Position numbers and translations under genes: made by a program
The notes under the pieces: model-generated
The model's input: only the letters and a program-made list of their open reading frames with translations
The model's database searches: none
What the model was told of the DNA's origin: nothing
NCBI GenBank assembly: GCA_036351155.1
Contig: JAZBOO010000013.1
Span: 1 to 11,695, forward strand
Source of the DNA: Candidatus Krumholzibacteriia bacterium
Lineage (GTDB): Bacteria; Krumholzibacteriota; Krumholzibacteriia; LZORAL124-64-63
DNA length: 11,695 nt
Direction: 5' to 3'
Shown here: one piece after another, positions 8,373 through 11,695 of the stretch
How the letters are laid out: every line of letters starts with the position of its first letter
Position numbering within the stretch: position 1 is the stretch's first letter

Positions 8373-8400
8373 ATCCTATCATTTTGGTACCTCATGTCAA
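8373..8400 (-). promoter_or_regulatory. Sigma70 promoter for the PocR hybrid kinase
   Basis: Minus strand consensus TTGACA (8400-8395) - 16 nt - TAGGAT (8378-8373) with a TGn extension, about 48 nt upstream of GTG 8325. Confidence 0.7.
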
Positions 8401-8838
8401 GAGGAACCCACTTCGGGCTTCACCTACGATCATCCAGAGTGATCGAGCGGGGGATTGTCGATGGACGGTCTCGCCGCGCTGCGCTTTTGGTACAAGGTGA
8501 CCTGGGGGGACGCGCTCTACAGTGTGCGTGCCTGTGAGGAGCCGACCGAGACGGAGGAGCTGGCAAATCTTGATGCCTCTTGCCTGGAAGGAGTTTCATG
8601 GGTCGTTCAATGATGCCGTCTGGGAGTGCTACTCTTGAGGGATCTGGTCACCGTGTCCGGGCGTTCCGAAGCGAACCGATCTCCAACGGTGTCCGCGAGC
8701 ATCGTTCTGAACCGTGAATTGCGGATGGTGGGTTACTTGATTGTGTGTGGACCGAGAGGTGGGAAAAGGTCCCTTTCTTTAATGGTCAGAAAGGGGACAT
8801 GAAAAACAGGTGCTTCCCACGGAAAAATGCGGGTAACC

Positions 8839-8864
8839 ATTTTTCGACTTTTTCGTCTAATAAT
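8839..8864. promoter_or_regulatory. Candidate TetR-family operator upstream of the S41-TetR unit
   Basis: Imperfect palindrome ATT-t-TTcGAC-tttttc-GTCtAA-t-AAT, 48 nt before ATG 8913. Confidence 0.45.
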
Positions 8865-8912
8865 TGTGTGGGATATGGGAATCACTTTTTCAAAAAAAGC
8901 AAGGCACACAAA

Positions 8913-10532
8913 ATGAAAACAAAACTCTTGAAACCATGGTTCATCGTGATTCTCCTGGTCGGATCCTCATCTACGCTCCTGGGGCAGGAAACAACTTCAG
9001 ATTTGAAGACCACGGCGGAACCCGTCCTTGGGGAGTACGAAATCTACATTCAGGGCCAGTATTATGACCTGACAATTGAATGGAAGGATAGCGGTTTGGT
9101 CATGGTTTCCCCCGTTCTGGGGAACCGAGATTTGAAGGTGGAGGATCTGAACAACCTTCAATTCTCATTCACCGACCAAGATGGCGTGAACAAGATGGGT
9201 TTTTTGCGCCAAACTGATGGTCAGGTGAACAGTTTCATCCTCTCATGGGAGCCGGACGGCCGTTATGAAGGGTGGCGCATCACAAAAGACCGGAAGTTCA
9301 AAGACACCTTCAGCAAACAGGAAGTGATGGAGGACCTCGGCCAGCTTGAAGGCTTCATGCAAATGCACCCTCAGCTGAACGAATATACCAGCAAGGAGAA
9401 TTTTTCCGGCCGCTGGGAAGAAGCGCGAAACCAGGTTCACGAAGATATGACGGTGGCCGAAATTTATCGCGAAGTCGCACCTCTTATCGCTGCCATTGGC
9501 TGCTATCACACACGCTTGTATGTTCCTCGCCATTTCTGGCCTGACCAGGGAAACAGCCTCTTTCCCATGAGCATGGAAATTGTTGGTGATCGGGTTTATG
9601 TCAGGGAAAGTTTATCTGAGCCGGACCGCGTCAAGCCAGGAAGCGAGCTGATCAGCATCGAAGGGTTGCCCATAAGTGAAATCGTGGAAGAGCTGACGCG
9701 ATATATTTCGTCTGACGGCTTCATCGCCAGCAACAGGGAAGCCTACCTGGAAGCCTTTTTTCCAAAGTATTACGGCCCGGTTTATGGAATGAAGTCCAGT
9801 TTCGAAATAGAATTTGTTCAGTACGGCAGAAAGCAGCAAAAAATATCTGTGAAAGCAGTTTCCGAGGAGCAGCTTGGGGTTTTGCAGGCCACCGCTGAAG
9901 ACCCGCTGGAATTGAAAATCCATGCGGAAGAAAACCTGGCCATCATGCGCATCCATCATTTTGGTTTTTATCAGAACAAGTCGGAATTCACCGACTTTGT
10001 CGATGAATCTTTTGCTGCCATTGCACAGCAGGGTATCGATAATCTGATCCTCGACACTCGGGGTAATGGCGGAGGCGATCCCTATGCCGCCAGGTACCTG
10101 TTGAAGTACCTGGCTCAAGAACCCATCGTATATTTCCACAACCCACCGGAGCCATTGGCAGAAACAGGAAAGCCATTGGCCCTGGCCAGCAACAATCATT
10201 TCAAAGGCCGGCTCTACACAATGCTGGATGGCGGAGAGGGGTCCACCACCGGGCACCTGCTGGCTTTGTTGAAGTTTCATGGCCTGGGGGAGTTTGTCGG
10301 AGTGGAATCCGGAGCCACGTACTTTTGCAATGATGCCAGTGTGCGATTCACTTTGAAGAACACGCGGTTGGGACTGAAAATGGCCCGTGCCTCTTTTGCC
10401 GTGGAGGTCACAGGAATGCCCAAGAATCGCGGCATTCTGCCGGACTATCGAGTCGAGCCCACCAGCCGGGATCTGGCAGAAAAAAGGGACACAACTCTGG
10501 AGTTCACCCGAAGGCTCATTACTGGAAATTGA
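8913..10532 (+). CDS. Exported S41 family peptidase, 539 aa
   Basis: Start moved to ATG 8913 (MKTKLLKPWFIVILLVG, signal peptide). S41 motifs NLILDTRGNGGG, LDGGEGSTTGHL (putative catalytic Ser), GEFVGVESG and RGILPDYRV; PDZ-like segment KPGSELISIEGLPI. Confidence 0.88.
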   Translation: MKTKLLKPWFIVILLVGSSSTLLGQETTSDLKTTAEPVLGEYEIYIQGQYYDLTIEWKDSGLVMVSPVLGNRDLKVEDLNNLQFSFTDQDGVNKMGFLRQTDGQVNSFILSWEPDGRYEGWRITKDRKFKDTFSKQEVMEDLGQLEGFMQMHPQLNEYTSKENFSGRWEEARNQVHEDMTVAEIYREVAPLIAAIGCYHTRLYVPRHFWPDQGNSLFPMSMEIVGDRVYVRESLSEPDRVKPGSELISIEGLPISEIVEELTRYISSDGFIASNREAYLEAFFPKYYGPVYGMKSSFEIEFVQYGRKQQKISVKAVSEEQLGVLQATAEDPLELKIHAEENLAIMRIHHFGFYQNKSEFTDFVDESFAAIAQQGIDNLILDTRGNGGGDPYAARYLLKYLAQEPIVYFHNPPEPLAETGKPLALASNNHFKGRLYTMLDGGEGSTTGHLLALLKFHGLGEFVGVESGATYFCNDASVRFTLKNTRLGLKMARASFAVEVTGMPKNRGILPDYRVEPTSRDLAEKRDTTLEFTRRLITGN

Positions 10533-10559
10533 TGAGAAAGCCAATACGGGGTCTGAATC

Positions 10560-11183
10560 ATGGTCATGGATAAAAGTGCTCGAATGATCAGTCCGACCGC
10601 CCGAAAAACACGCCAGCGGATATTCGATGGTGCCATGGAATGCATCGGGCAGAACGGTTATGAGAAGACCACCATCGATGACATCATTTTTGCTTCGGGA
10701 GTGAGCAAGGGGTCGATCTATTATCATTTCAAAGACAAGGGGGAAATCTTTCGGGAGTTGACGGGATTCATCCTGGCCGAACACCGAGAGAGGCTGGACC
10801 AAGTAAGGCAGCTGGATGTCGGTCCCTGGGAAAAAATATGCTGCACCATTGTCCGGGTATTTGAGAAACTGAGGTGGGGGGGAGCTCGGTTTGTTGCCGG
10901 GATGGAACTGGCCTCTCTGGCGCAAAGAAATCCCGCAATCCATGAGATCCAGGTCCTGGTCAATGACCTATATCAGCAATTTTTTTCCCGCCTCATATCT
11001 GAGGGGAATGAGCGCGGTGAGTTCATGGTGGAAGATGTTGAGAAAACCAGTTATCTGCTCTACGCCCTGCTTGATGGGGTCTTTTTGCGATCCATTGTGC
11101 AGCCGGAATATGCATCAAAAGCACACTGCCAGTTCATTATTGAGTCTGCGAAAAAACTCCTGCGTTTCAAGGCTGAGGAATAA
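10560..11183 (+). CDS. TetR/AcrR family transcriptional regulator
   Basis: HTH motif RQRIFDGA...IGQNGYEKTTIDDI..ASGVSKGSIYYHFKDKGEIF; C-terminal LISEG.ERGEF. Begins 27 nt after the S41 stop, so probably co-transcribed. Alternative ATGs at 10566 and 10584. Confidence 0.93.
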   Translation: MVMDKSARMISPTARKTRQRIFDGAMECIGQNGYEKTTIDDIIFASGVSKGSIYYHFKDKGEIFRELTGFILAEHRERLDQVRQLDVGPWEKICCTIVRVFEKLRWGGARFVAGMELASLAQRNPAIHEIQVLVNDLYQQFFSRLISEGNERGEFMVEDVEKTSYLLYALLDGVFLRSIVQPEYASKAHCQFIIESAKKLLRFKAEE

Positions 11184-11202
11184 CATTTTCCCTTAGTCCA
11201 TA

Positions 11203-11259
11203 GTCTCTACCAAAAAATACATATCCCAACAATTCCGCCAAAAATGGCCCATCTGAAGT
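11203..11259 (+). repeat. Degenerate 57-bp direct repeat, copy 2
   Basis: 42/57 ungapped identity to 6089-6145; begins 19 nt after the TetR stop. Confidence 0.7.
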
Positions 11260-11293
11260 AGGCCGCCTCTGTCTCGTCGGGAACCTTGAAAGG

Positions 11294-11375
11294 TTTTCCA
11301 ACTAGCTGGAAAGGCTAAAGCCTCAAAATTCCATCTCCCCACAATCTCAAAAAACCCCCCATTCAAAGTTGCCCT
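11294..11375 (+). repeat. ~80-bp upstream element similar to the reverse complement of 4681-4761
   Basis: Shared ordered blocks TTTTCCAACT-N3-TGGAAA...TTCC-N3-TCCCCAC-N14-CCCC-N-TTCAA-N4/5-GCCCT. Confidence 0.6.
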
Positions 11376-11451
11376 CAAAGTCTCAGATTACCTGTGTTAG
11401 AGTGTCCCTGGTTCCGGGCACCCGAAGCACTTTTTTCAGCAAGTGGTAGGA

Positions 11452-11695
11452 ATGAAGCGGTCACTATTTTTCCTTGTCGTCTGCGGACTGCTGGCCACCC
11501 ATACGATCGCCTGGGCGGCCGATTTCCCCTCCAAGCCGATCCAGATCTTCGTACATACCAAACCCGGGGGTGCCGTGGATCTGATGGCCCGCCAGCTGGC
11601 CCAGGTGGCGGCGAATTACTGCGATCAGCCCCTGGTGGTGATCAACAAGCCCGGCGGGTCGGGCCTGCTGGCGCTGGCCGACGTGTACAAGAGCA
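11452..11695 (+). CDS. tctC: Tripartite tricarboxylate transporter substrate-binding protein (TctC/Bug family), 5' part
   Basis: Not in the ORF track because it runs off the window. Reads MKRSLFFLVVCGLLATHTIAWAADFPSKPIQIFVHTKPGGAVDLMARQLAQ...QPLVVINKPGGSG: signal peptide plus the FP.KPI...PGG..D..AR and V.NKPG..G Bug/TctC motifs. Confidence 0.9.
   Translation, partial: MKRSLFFLVVCGLLATHTIAWAADFPSKPIQIFVHTKPGGAVDLMARQLAQVAANYCDQPLVVINKPGGSGLLALADVYKS

Noticed and set aside
8461..8801. Possible selenocysteine read-through of TGA 8611-8613 extending the 50-aa ORF
   Set aside because: No recognisable selenoprotein motif or SECIS hairpin; the extension looks non-coding.
8745..8912. Upstream extensions of the ORF-track calls (also 4883-4975 and 1023-1139)
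   Set aside because: The extensions overlap promoter or operator-like DNA, and the downstream ATGs give proper signal peptides.

Overview
Bacterial chromosomal window of mostly unrelated, separately transcribed accessory genes. The host is probably a GC-rich diderm of the FCB-allied lineages, inferred only from a PNPFNP...FlgD-Ig/T9SS-type C-terminal domain. Gene order: 3' end of a probable SAM methyltransferase (+); predicted outer-membrane beta-barrel (-); dodecin (+); 1020-aa secreted metzincin-type metalloprotease with Ig/FN3-like modules and a FlgD-Ig C-terminal domain (-); divergent lipoprotein with two duplicated fasciclin (FAS1) domains (+); orphan PocR-PAS-HisKA-HATPase-REC hybrid kinase (-); lower-GC S41 peptidase plus TetR pair (+); 5' end of a TctC/Bug tripartite tricarboxylate transporter binding protein (+). 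I saw no rRNA, tRNA, CRISPR array, integrase or transposase. The least-explained signals are non-coding. The TetR-tctC spacer is a mosaic of two elements found elsewhere in the window: a 57-bp degenerate direct repeat that brackets the kinase/S41/TetR block, and an ~80-bp palindrome-led element also present upstream of the metalloprotease. There is also a CarH/LitR-like 11-bp tandem repeat before the fasciclin gene and a candidate TetR operator. I cannot establish a new multi-gene system from this window alone.
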